A DNA stretch of 64,000 nucleotides from a virus, in IMG/VR virus record IMGVR_UViG_3300017788_003020, positions 1 to 64,000 of that record. One strand, written 5' to 3'. Shown here one piece after another: positions 9,909-18,422 of the stretch. A program made the translations under genes and the position numbers. The notes beneath the pieces are model-generated. The model did no database searches, was not told the DNA's origin, and worked only from the letters and a program-made list of their open reading frames with translations. Each line of letters starts with the position of its first letter. The stretch's first letter is position 1.

Positions 9909-10576
9909 TTAGGTAAATTCTTTCTACCAATCCATAATTTGAAATCAGGATTGTAGATTGTAGTCATTTTGTTTTTATCACCAGAAACATGTTTGATAAC
10001 TACTCCTGCATGTGGAATTCTTTTTTCTGTTGTTTCTACATAATTATCATAGATAAAACTATCTTGGAGTTCTCCGTCCCATTCTCCTGTATGGAGAATT
10101 TCAACATGTGGAAGATTTAGAAGAGTATCAAAAATGAGTTTTGAAGCATCGGGTGATTCAAAATTTTTATTTACAAAAACATCTGTTCCTAAAAATTCTA
10201 TAGTGTCCATATCATAATTATAGATTTTATGGACATTTTTTCCAAAGATGACTCCATATATCGTAAATTCATCACCTATAAAGTTTTTACCGAGAGATTT
10301 TACAACTCCCCATAAAACCTTTTCCATATTGTATTTTTCTTCTATGAACTTCATATTTCTATAACTTGGGTTCATATCATAATCTTGTAATTGGGCATCT
10401 ACATCTGAATATACATAGGAATATAAATACTGATATTCCATCCATTCATCTGCTTTATTAAAGAATTTTTTTAGCTTTTCGAATATAGAAAGTTTTTTCT
10501 TTTTCTTTATTTGGAAAAAGCAATCCATCCCATACATTTTTCTGGTTATTTGAACTTCATCATCTGGAGTAAACAT
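9905..10576 (-). CDS. Degenerate RNA-ligase-like (nucleotidyltransferase-fold) protein
   Basis: VQITRKMYG (motif I-like), IYGVIFG, PHAGVVIK: catalytic Glu positions substituted. Confidence 0.6.
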   Translation of the reverse strand: MFTPDDEVQITRKMYGMDCFFQIKKKKKLSIFEKLKKFFNKADEWMEYQYLYSYVYSDVDAQLQDYDMNPSYRNMKFIEEKYNMEKVLWGVVKSLGKNFIGDEFTIYGVIFGKNVHKIYNYDMDTIEFLGTDVFVNKNFESPDASKLIFDTLLNLPHVEILHTGEWDGELQDSFIYDNYVETTEKRIPHAGVVIKHVSGDKNKMTTIYNPDFKLWIGRKNLPN

Positions 10577-10655
10577 AATTAAACCCGAGTTTAAATAATA
10601 ATAATGAGTTATGTTGTATTGATATATAGATATATCAAAAATAAAGTTTATCCAT

Positions 10656-11258
10656 ATGGAAAAAATTGAAAAATTAAAGGGAATGGTTACGGATAAGGTT
10701 TTAGAAGAATTACCGAGTGTTATTGAAAAATTTGCCATAACCACAACACTTAGATTAGCACATTTTTTAAGTCAATGTGCCCATGAATCAGCCAATTTTA
10801 AGGCAGTTTCTGAAAATTTGAATTATTCAGCACAGGGGTTAAAAAGAACATTTCCTAAATATTTCCCAGGAACTCTGAATGAATCTTATGCAAGAAAACC
10901 TGAAAAAATAGCATCGAGAGTATATGGTGGTAGAATGGGTAATGGGCCAGAAACCACTGGCGAAGGCTTTAAATTTAGAGGCCGAGGGTATATCCAGCTT
11001 ACTGGTAAAAATAATTTTAAAAGGTTTTCTGATTTTATCGGGGAAGATGTTGTTGCAAATCCAGATTTAGTAGCTAAGAAATATCCTTTAACTTCTGCTG
11101 GTTTCTTTTTTCATTCTAATAACCTTTGGTCTATTTGTGATAAAGGTGCGACAGATGCCGTTGTTACTGAATTAACGAAAAGAATCAACGGTGGAACAAA
11201 CGGTTTGGCAGATAGGATAGCAAAATTCAAGAAATTTTATTCGGCACTGAGCAAATAA
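10656..11258 (+). CDS. Glycoside hydrolase family 19 endolysin
   Basis: AHFLSQCAHES, ENLNYS, FRGRGYIQLTG, TKRINGGTNGLADR. Confidence 0.93.
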   Translation: MEKIEKLKGMVTDKVLEELPSVIEKFAITTTLRLAHFLSQCAHESANFKAVSENLNYSAQGLKRTFPKYFPGTLNESYARKPEKIASRVYGGRMGNGPETTGEGFKFRGRGYIQLTGKNNFKRFSDFIGEDVVANPDLVAKKYPLTSAGFFFHSNNLWSICDKGATDAVVTELTKRINGGTNGLADRIAKFKKFYSALSK

Positions 11259-11259
11259 G

Positions 11260-11291
11260 AAAAGGAGATGTTTTTTGCATCTCCTTTATTT
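11260..11291. terminator. Bidirectional terminator
   Basis: AAAGGAGATG...CATCTCCTTT. Confidence 0.75.
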
Positions 11292-12248
11292 TTACCAATA
11301 TAATATCGTTGGAACCTTTCTACTTGTTGCAATTTTAATCTCACCATTCCTTACAAAAAATGTGCTATTACCACTATCCATACAAATCGCATTGATAGCT
11401 CCAGCCATTTTCATTTTTTCAGCTAATATTTTTATATTAGCCTTAGGAGTAACATAAGCTATAATATCGCCTTTTGCTGTTATTCCGATTCCAGTTCTCG
11501 GTCTCATTGCCATTTCAGAAGGCCCGCCATTTACATCGTGAATTGAACCGTTTTTTATAAGCAAATCACTTCCCGAAAATGCCTCCATTGGATACATAGC
11601 CCCTTCACCTCTTTCTACGATTTCAAGTTCTGGCTTTAAAATCATCATAGGCCAATGTCTAAATTGATTTAACTTTTCTCCTAAGTTTACACCGTTAGAA
11701 TAAAAATTACCAGTTGGTCTGTAATTTCTCTCATAATATGTTAAATTTATAAAATTCTTATAGCCTTTTTGTATCCATTCGGTTGCATTATGCGGTTTGA
11801 AATCAGAATTAAACCCCATTTGTATTGCGGTTGGGTCAATTATTTGTATAAAATCTTCACCGAAATCGGCAGATTTTGAGAGTTTTTCTACCCCTGGTTT
11901 TATTTCTTTAATTGTAGATTTTGTTTGTTCTTGGGGTTGCATAACGGGTATTATAATATCCAAGCCCATAGATTTTAAGGTTTTAGAATCTACAACTCCA
12001 TTTTGTTCTAACCCCTTTGATTTTTGAAAGTTTACAAGAGATGCTCTTGACTCTTCTCCAAATTTACCATCTATCGCTGGCTTCCCATTTGTTCTTATGG
12101 GGTTCATAAATGAATTTTTAACTAAAAAATCCTGAACTTTCATAATATCATCAAATGTAAATCCCATGTTATTATAAGATTCAGATTCGTTTATTGAAGA
12201 ATTTTCACTCCAAGATTCAAATAATAGTACATTTTGTGTGAATGGCAT
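11292..12248 (-). CDS. PG-binding plus phosphodiester glycosidase (NAGPA-like) protein with cargo leader
   Basis: IDGKFG...FQKSKGLEQNGVVD; RPRTGIG...AICMDSGNST...RKVPT; VLLFESW...INE leader. Confidence 0.8.
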   Translation of the reverse strand: MPFTQNVLLFESWSENSSINESESYNNMGFTFDDIMKVQDFLVKNSFMNPIRTNGKPAIDGKFGEESRASLVNFQKSKGLEQNGVVDSKTLKSMGLDIIIPVMQPQEQTKSTIKEIKPGVEKLSKSADFGEDFIQIIDPTAIQMGFNSDFKPHNATEWIQKGYKNFINLTYYERNYRPTGNFYSNGVNLGEKLNQFRHWPMMILKPELEIVERGEGAMYPMEAFSGSDLLIKNGSIHDVNGGPSEMAMRPRTGIGITAKGDIIAYVTPKANIKILAEKMKMAGAINAICMDSGNSTFFVRNGEIKIATSRKVPTILYW

Positions 12249-12325
12249 AGTTTTAGGTTATTTAATACTTATACACTATATATCAAAAAAATAAAGGTAG
12301 ATTTGATATATAGACTAAAAACAGC

Positions 12326-12469
12326 ATGAAGAAGTCATCAAACAACACAGGAAAGAAAAAGGTAGAGTCTAAACCTAAGAAAACAAGACAAGGCAAGAGT
12401 ATCAACACTAAATTATCAGCAACTCCCTCTAATCATAAAAAGAAAGCATATAGAGGGCAAGGCAAGTAA
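12326..12469 (+). CDS. Small basic YRGQG-terminal phage protein (47 aa, below track cutoff)
   Basis: MKKSSNNTGKKKVESKPKKTRQGKSINTKLSATPSNHKKKAYRGQGK; GATATATA at 12305. Confidence 0.8.
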   Translation: MKKSSNNTGKKKVESKPKKTRQGKSINTKLSATPSNHKKKAYRGQGK

Positions 12470-12490
12470 GACATTAGTATAATTCAAATA

Positions 12491-12532
12491 CCTCAATGAT
12501 TAATTTCATTGGGGTTTTTTGTTTTACCAAAT
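12491..12532 (+). repeat. Terminator hairpin, copy 1 of an approximately 40-bp direct repeat
   Basis: CCTCAATGATTAATTTCATTGGGGTTTTTTGTTTTACCAAAT. Confidence 0.8.
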
Positions 12533-12604
12533 CTTAACATTAGAAATCTCCCAACTCACAGTTTTTCAACTATTTAGATTAAATTCCACTCCATATATAG
12601 TTTC

Positions 12605-13579
12605 ATGAGAATTTTATATGGAATACAGCTTAATGGTAACGGTCATATCACAAGAGCATCTGAGATAATAGAACAATTAAATCAGATAGGATGTTCTGTG
12701 GACATTATAGCATCGGGTAATAATTCAAATTTAAGTTTAACACATCCAATAAAGGAAAAATTCAAGGGGCTTTCTTTATACTATAACTCAAAGGGAACAA
12801 TAGATTGGTTTAGTTCAATAAAAGATGCTAATCTATATCAACTCATAAAAGACACTAACTACGATGTAAGTAAGTATGATTTAGTTATTTCAGATTTTGA
12901 GCCAATCTCAGCTTGGTCTGCTTACAAAAGTGGTGTAAAAAGTATTAATATATCAAATCAAAATTCCCTCTTATTCAAATCAACGCCTAAATTCAATAGA
13001 GATTTTACAGCAGAGTTTTTCTTAAAATACTTTGCTTATTCCAAAAATAGAATAGGAATACACTATCAACAATACCATAATCAAATCTTTCAACCGATTA
13101 TACCTAAATCTATACTAAGCAATCCATATAAGATAGAAAGTTTTATTTCTGTCTATCTACCAGCATATAACTTAAAATACCTCATAGAATCGTTTAAGAG
13201 ACACAAAAGTAAAAAATGGGTTATATTCTCAAAGGAAGTGGATAACTATTACTATGACCAAAATGTGAAGGTTTTTCCACTATCTTTGATTAATTTCCAA
13301 GAGCATCTTAAAAAATGTTCTGGGGTAATAACAGCATCTGGTTTTTCTACAACCGCAGAGGCTTTGGTATTGGGCAAAAAACTTTGGTCTATTCCTATAA
13401 AGAAGCAATATGAGCAAATTTGTAATTCAAAGACTTTGGAAGATATGGGTGTATTCATAGAAGATTTAGATTATAGTAATATTCAAAAATGGATAGAAGA
13501 GTATGAATCTATAAATTATGATTGGAAAAATCCCATAACATCAATAATGGATAAAATATTTGAAATTTATGAAAGTTAA
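12605..13579 (+). CDS. Glycosyltransferase (MJ1255/GT-B type)
   Basis: RILYGIQ..GNGHITRA, ISDFEP, GF.T.AEAL.LGK, QYEQ..N. Confidence 0.88.
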   Translation: MRILYGIQLNGNGHITRASEIIEQLNQIGCSVDIIASGNNSNLSLTHPIKEKFKGLSLYYNSKGTIDWFSSIKDANLYQLIKDTNYDVSKYDLVISDFEPISAWSAYKSGVKSINISNQNSLLFKSTPKFNRDFTAEFFLKYFAYSKNRIGIHYQQYHNQIFQPIIPKSILSNPYKIESFISVYLPAYNLKYLIESFKRHKSKKWVIFSKEVDNYYYDQNVKVFPLSLINFQEHLKKCSGVITASGFSTTAEALVLGKKLWSIPIKKQYEQICNSKTLEDMGVFIEDLDYSNIQKWIEEYESINYDWKNPITSIMDKIFEIYES

Positions 13580-14306
13580 AACTCTTTTTATATCTGATGT
13601 TCATTTAGGAACAGTAAAGTCCCAACCTGAAAAACTCTTAAAGGTATTCAAAGAATATGAATTTGAAGAGCTCATAATAATAGGTGATTTTATTGATTTA
13701 ACATCCCTCAAAAGAAAGGTTTACTGGGATAATAATCATTCTGCTGTTTTACAAAAAGTGTTGAAGATGTCAAGAAAAAATATATCCGTTAAATATATTT
13801 TAGGGAATCATGATTTTTATTTAAGGGACTTAATTAGAGAAGAAGATTTGGAGTTAGGAAACATAACTATATGCGATGAACTTATACATCAAACTATAAG
13901 TGGAGAAAAAATTTATATTTGCCATGGTGATCAGTTTGATGGTTTTGTTAGGATTCATCCTATTATCTATCATTTAGGGGATATAGCATATGAATTCAGT
14001 TATTCTGTAAATAAATTGTATAATAAATTAAGAGGGATTTTGGGTTTGAATTATTGGTCTCTTTCAAAGTATCTAAAAACAAAAGTAAAGAATGCTATAT
14101 TTTACTTGAATGATTTTAAGCATATAGCCATGAAGAAAATTCAAAATTCTGATTGTCATTCTATAATGATAGGACATATACATAATCCATGTATAGAACA
14201 AATTGAAGATAAAATGTATTACAATTCTGGGGATTTTTGTGAATCTTGCTCTTTTTTGTATGAAGACTATACGGGCAAAGTCAATCTTGTAATTTTAGAA
14301 GATTAA
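13569..14306 (+). CDS. PlcP-like / UDP-2,3-diacylglucosamine hydrolase-family metallophosphoesterase
   Basis: ISDVHLG, GDFID, GNHD, HGDQFD, YWSLSKYLKTKVKNA, GHIH. Confidence 0.85.
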   Translation: MKVKTLFISDVHLGTVKSQPEKLLKVFKEYEFEELIIIGDFIDLTSLKRKVYWDNNHSAVLQKVLKMSRKNISVKYILGNHDFYLRDLIREEDLELGNITICDELIHQTISGEKIYICHGDQFDGFVRIHPIIYHLGDIAYEFSYSVNKLYNKLRGILGLNYWSLSKYLKTKVKNAIFYLNDFKHIAMKKIQNSDCHSIMIGHIHNPCIEQIEDKMYYNSGDFCESCSFLYEDYTGKVNLVILED

Positions 14307-14346
14307 TTCTTGAATATACACACTTACAATTAAAAAAGTATATGTC

Positions 14347-14394
14347 ATGAAATTTTTGAAATTATATGTAGAGTGGAAATCTGATGAATCATAA
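14347..14394 (+). other. Leader-only minigene MKFLKLYVEWKSDES
   Basis: 15-codon ORF resembling the shared leader, between a degenerate late motif and a terminator. Confidence 0.4.
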
Positions 14395-14429
14395 CTTAAT
14401 TATTTAATTATTAAATATCTAAAAATAAA

Positions 14430-14471
14430 CCCCTATGATTAAGTTCATTGGGGTTTTTTGTTTTAGCAAAT
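14430..14471 (+). repeat. Terminator hairpin, copy 2 of the direct repeat
   Basis: CCCCTATGATTAAGTTCATTGGGGTTTTTTGTTTTAGCAAAT. Confidence 0.8.
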
Positions 14472-14497
14472 ATGAATTGAATATTAAGAAACTACTA

Positions 14498-14797
14498 TTA
14501 CATAATAGCAATACACTCAATTTTTTCTGTTCTTGTATTCCAAGTATCACCTATGTAACAATCTTCTAAAAAGTCACCTAATGTTTCTTCTGAATCCCAA
14601 TCTGTTTCATCTAAATCCCAATGTTGCTCAATATGGGTTTTATCTAATTTATAAGGCTTAGCGCTTCTTCCTGTTTTGTCTGTGACGGCGAAATACTTCT
14701 CTTCTCTTTTCATATTAATAGAGTTTGGATTACTAATTTGATTATTAAAATTTTCACCCAAAAAGTCTTGAATTTTTGTTTTTATAAATTTACTCAT
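14498..14797 (-). CDS. Hypothetical protein with variant leader
   Basis: MSKFIKTKIQDFLGE. Confidence 0.65.
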   Translation of the reverse strand: MSKFIKTKIQDFLGENFNNQISNPNSINMKREEKYFAVTDKTGRSAKPYKLDKTHIEQHWDLDETDWDSEETLGDFLEDCYIGDTWNTRTEKIECIAIM

Positions 14798-15074
14798 GGA
14801 TATAATTGTTTATTTTTATGAGTTTAAGTTTCAAATCACCATCGCCTTTGATTAACCTATGATATACACCCATAGGTATAAAAGTAGGAGAATTGATTTC
14901 TTTTGGTAATTCATTATCTAATTGAATCTTCCAATTTGTTTTTTCTATCGATTCAATTATTCTATCTTCTCTATCTCTATGCCAAACTAAATCTCCTGAT
15001 TCTACATCATTATAGAATGTTCGTATAAAAACAGCTTCTTCTATCTTATTTTCTTCAAATGGAAATGCATCCAT
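14790..15074 (-). CDS. Cupin-like phage protein
   Basis: LVWHRDREDR...IP..VYHRLIKG. Confidence 0.75.
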   Translation of the reverse strand: MDAFPFEENKIEEAVFIRTFYNDVESGDLVWHRDREDRIIESIEKTNWKIQLDNELPKEINSPTFIPMGVYHRLIKGDGDLKLKLIKINNYIHE

Positions 15075-15086
15075 AAGTCTACTCCT

Positions 15087-15668
15087 TTACCAATATCCTG
15101 GATAAGTTTTACCACCCCAAAGAGAAGCATAACGATTTGCTCTACATGCCCAATATCCAGCCTTTGTTTTATCTTTTTTCATTTTGCAATTATGTCTACT
15201 TGCAAATCTTTTTCTTGCTTCTGGGTCTGATACTTTTGCTTTAAGACCTCCGCTAACATCTCCAAAATGAACAACCATAATTCTACCAGTTTTAGGGTTT
15301 TTTACATAAACCTTATATTTTTTAGGGCCTGAACTACGCATAGGTTTATTTAATTCTACTTTTCTACCTGCATATTCAGCTTCATTTAATTCCGATTCAT
15401 CAAGTAAAGGCAAGTCAAGTGGAACTATCTCCCCGTCAAACTCCTCAAATTTCCCTAAGTCTGTATTCTCAAAAAGATAAGAATCGTTTTCATTTAATTC
15501 TATAAGTTCTCCTCTTTCAAATAATTCTCTCGATTCTTTTAAAAGTTCATAGTAAGATTCAGAACCTACTCTGAATATGTTGTCAGTTATAGATATATCA
15601 TTATCAATGTGATATTGTAAGTGTTCGGATATTGAACTATAATTTTCAAATAATTTGATATATTTCAT
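15087..15668 (-). CDS. Leader-bearing protein with basic Cys/His C-terminal domain
   Basis: MKYIKLFENYSSISE; internal LNE sites; KKYKVYVKNP..VHFGD..RHNC..AGYWAC. Confidence 0.8.
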   Translation of the reverse strand: MKYIKLFENYSSISEHLQYHIDNDISITDNIFRVGSESYYELLKESRELFERGELIELNENDSYLFENTDLGKFEEFDGEIVPLDLPLLDESELNEAEYAGRKVELNKPMRSSGPKKYKVYVKNPKTGRIMVVHFGDVSGGLKAKVSDPEARKRFASRHNCKMKKDKTKAGYWACRANRYASLWGGKTYPGYW

Positions 15669-15770
15669 TTGTAAATTTATATTTGTATGTATATATCTAT
15701 ATAAAACAAAACCCCAACCATATTTTGGTTGAGGTCTTGTTTATTAGAAGGTGCTTATTATTCTTTGGTA

Positions 15771-16991
15771 TTATTGGATAACCATCCAATTTGTTCCTGT
15801 ATACCACAATGTTCTTGATTGACCTGCTGGAATAACAACATTCAAGAATGTATCAATACTCCAAGTAACGCCATTAAGGGTTACAACATTTGCTGTAGAA
15901 CCATTGTGTATAGTAACCAATTGACCCATAATTGGATTTGTAATAGTTACCATATTATAGTCTACTGCAACACGGCTAACAATGTAGCGTGATGTATTTG
16001 AAAGAGTTGCAGGTGAAATTGTGTGAAGTTGCACAGAACTTGTAAAATGATGTGGATTTACAGCCCATGTGAGACCACTTACACCAGCCATTGCATAAGA
16101 ACCAATGGTAGCAGAGTTTCCACCATGAAGAGCGTTCAATTTAACAGAACCATTTTTGAAGTGACTCGCTACAATCACTGAATCTTGAAGATTGCTTGCG
16201 ATTGAAGAAGTTGCTGAATGCCCTGCATTAAGAGCATATTGTGCTGTATCTGAATGAACAGAGTGATTTGCATTTACAGCATACAGGGAAGAATCAGAAC
16301 GATAAGAACGACCAGCAGTTCCTGCATAAAATGCGGTATCTGCAATATCTGCTCTTCCTGAACTTGCTGAATATCCTGAAACTTTTGCATAAATTGCAAG
16401 AAGAGCTACATCAGAAGTATCAGCAAATGCTGAGTGAACAGAGTGTTTAGAGTTGATTGCAGAATCTGCAATAGAACTACGAACTGAATGAGCGGATTTC
16501 ACAGAAGAATCTGCTACACCAGAAACTAAACTTCTTAGTGACAGAACAGATGTATCTGCGATTCCTGCTCGTCTTGCTACAACAGCTCTTTCAGCATTAA
16601 CTGCATTTTGTGCAAGTTCTGCTTTGCTACTGAATCTTGAAGAAACAGCATAAGGAACTTTATGCAAAGCAAGTTTTCCAAGAGAAACTCCATTTACATA
16701 AGCATAAACAAAGATATTTCCTTGATTTCTTGTAAAAATAGAATCTGCAATGTTTTCTAAAAGAACATTAATCATTCCATTATTTACACTAACTGATTTT
16801 TCTTCAACATACCAGAATGCTGATGTGTTTAAGTGTGAGTTCTCATTAAAAGAACTATCTGCGAGATAAGCTGAAAATTTAATTTCATTGCTAACTCCAG
16901 AAGGAACATGTGCTTGATATTGCAAATCTGTTGTTTGAGCGGACAGATTAACTGCGATAAGCGTAAGAAACGCAATCAAAAAGGTTTTCAT
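15771..16991 (-). CDS. Secreted Ala/Ser-rich repeat (fibre/adhesin-like) protein
   Basis: Signal peptide MKTFLIAFLTLIAVNLSA; repeated ADS/ADT units. Confidence 0.7.
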   Translation of the reverse strand: MKTFLIAFLTLIAVNLSAQTTDLQYQAHVPSGVSNEIKFSAYLADSSFNENSHLNTSAFWYVEEKSVSVNNGMINVLLENIADSIFTRNQGNIFVYAYVNGVSLGKLALHKVPYAVSSRFSSKAELAQNAVNAERAVVARRAGIADTSVLSLRSLVSGVADSSVKSAHSVRSSIADSAINSKHSVHSAFADTSDVALLAIYAKVSGYSASSGRADIADTAFYAGTAGRSYRSDSSLYAVNANHSVHSDTAQYALNAGHSATSSIASNLQDSVIVASHFKNGSVKLNALHGGNSATIGSYAMAGVSGLTWAVNPHHFTSSVQLHTISPATLSNTSRYIVSRVAVDYNMVTITNPIMGQLVTIHNGSTANVVTLNGVTWSIDTFLNVVIPAGQSRTLWYTGTNWMVIQ

Positions 16992-17006
16992 TAAATCCTC
17001 GTATTT

Positions 17007-17447
17007 TTAGTTAAAAATGACTCTTGATGAGTAAACTTTATCGTTTGTTGTGGTGAATGTGATATAAAATACGCCTCTATAAGGAAGAGTGATTTTACGA
17101 GCTGACAAATCATATGCATTTGTGATGATTGTTCCGTAGATGTCATAAATCAAAATAGACTTAACATCATCCATCATAAAAAATACAGTTTCTTGATTTG
17201 TCGGGTTTGGATATACAGTAGAAATATATGAAATTTCTTTACCTGAAAAATCTTCAACAGAAGTTGTTAGTCTTCTTGGTATTCTAATTCCAATATGATT
17301 TCCATTTTTATATCCTGCTATTACCTGACCGATAGTAGCGTTGTTATTACCACCTGTTACTACTTTTTTGAACAAGTCGATGGTATAACATGAATATGTA
17401 GTAGTATATGTAACTACACACAGAAAAAGCGCAATGATATACTTCAT
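17007..17447 (-). CDS. Secreted protein with T9SS-type C-terminal sorting domain
   Basis: Signal peptide; TSVED linker, VYPNP...IYDIYG...GVFYI...RVI. Confidence 0.75.
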   Translation of the reverse strand: MKYIIALFLCVVTYTTTYSCYTIDLFKKVVTGGNNNATIGQVIAGYKNGNHIGIRIPRRLTTSVEDFSGKEISYISTVYPNPTNQETVFFMMDDVKSILIYDIYGTIITNAYDLSARKITLPYRGVFYITFTTTNDKVYSSRVIFN

Positions 17448-17596
17448 TGTGGTCTCCATTCATTTATGTTTATTAGATTGCATCATAGTTTATATAAAGA
17501 GTTGGAAAAAAGTTCAATTTAATCGGAAACTATTTTTTAAGTTTTAAGTTCGATATATAAGATTATCTGGTATAAACATAAATAAAAACCCTTAGA

Positions 17597-18016
17597 ATGG
17601 ACTTGATGAACAGAAAATTTACTATTAATTTAACTACCCTTATAGGCATAATATCAGCCATATCTACAATTATTGGGGGGTACTGGTATTTCAAAAACAC
17701 GATAGAAACAACAAGAGATGGTATAAAATCAGCAAATGAAAACTACAAAGAACTTAAAAACGAAATACAACTTTTAAGAGAAAGGTTATATGAAATGGCT
17801 ATTACCTATAATAAAAATGTCCAGCTTGAAAATGAGATACATCCAGATAAAAAAATCAGAAGAAGTTATACAAAATATGAAGAAGATACTGTTATAACCC
17901 CTCCTTTTAGGATGGTTCCTGAAGAAAAAAGGATAAAACCTGTAATGGATACGATAGACATATCAAAGATAAAGATAAAACCAAATATTCAATTACCTAT
18001 TAAACTAAAAAAATAA
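17597..18016 (+). CDS. Single-TM coiled-coil membrane protein (late; holin/spanin-like?)
   Basis: N-terminal TM helix, coiled coil; GATATATA at 17552. Confidence 0.55.
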   Translation: MDLMNRKFTINLTTLIGIISAISTIIGGYWYFKNTIETTRDGIKSANENYKELKNEIQLLRERLYEMAITYNKNVQLENEIHPDKKIRRSYTKYEEDTVITPPFRMVPEEKRIKPVMDTIDISKIKIKPNIQLPIKLKK

Positions 18017-18019
18017 AAA

Positions 18020-18272
18020 AGCCCCTAAAAGTATTTATTTAGGGACTTTATATATGGTTGCGCCAGAAACGAAACAACGATATTTAAGTGCAGTGAGAAA
18101 AATCTAAGAAAAATCTACACTCATCGCAGGGAAAATTACTTTTACCCTTTTCCGCCAAACTATTCTTCTGGATGGACTAAGGAGTTTATATCTTAAAACA
18201 TAAAAGAACTAAGTTTTAGATATAAAGGCGGTTTCCATAGCATTAGGAGATTTAATACTCACAAGCTCAATT
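18020..18272 (-). ncRNA. Candidate structured ncRNA (multi-stem, possible pseudoknot)
   Basis: ORF-free; promoter at 18279-18308, terminator at 18016-18050; five nested helices plus one crossing pairing. Confidence 0.55.
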
Positions 18273-18422
18273 CCTGTACAAATATAAAGAACTTTCCAAT
18301 AAAGTTCAAATTTTTCTGAAAATTTTATTTTTTGTTTTCCCGATTCTTTTTATTAGATTTGTAACAATAGTGATATTAAACGATATTAGTTAAAACATAA
18401 CGATAATTTAGAGGGTTTATTT

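Noticed and set aside
10577-10744. N-terminal extension of ORF 9905-10744
   Set aside because: Overlaps the divergent GH19 gene and its promoter; the start is more plausibly at 10576.
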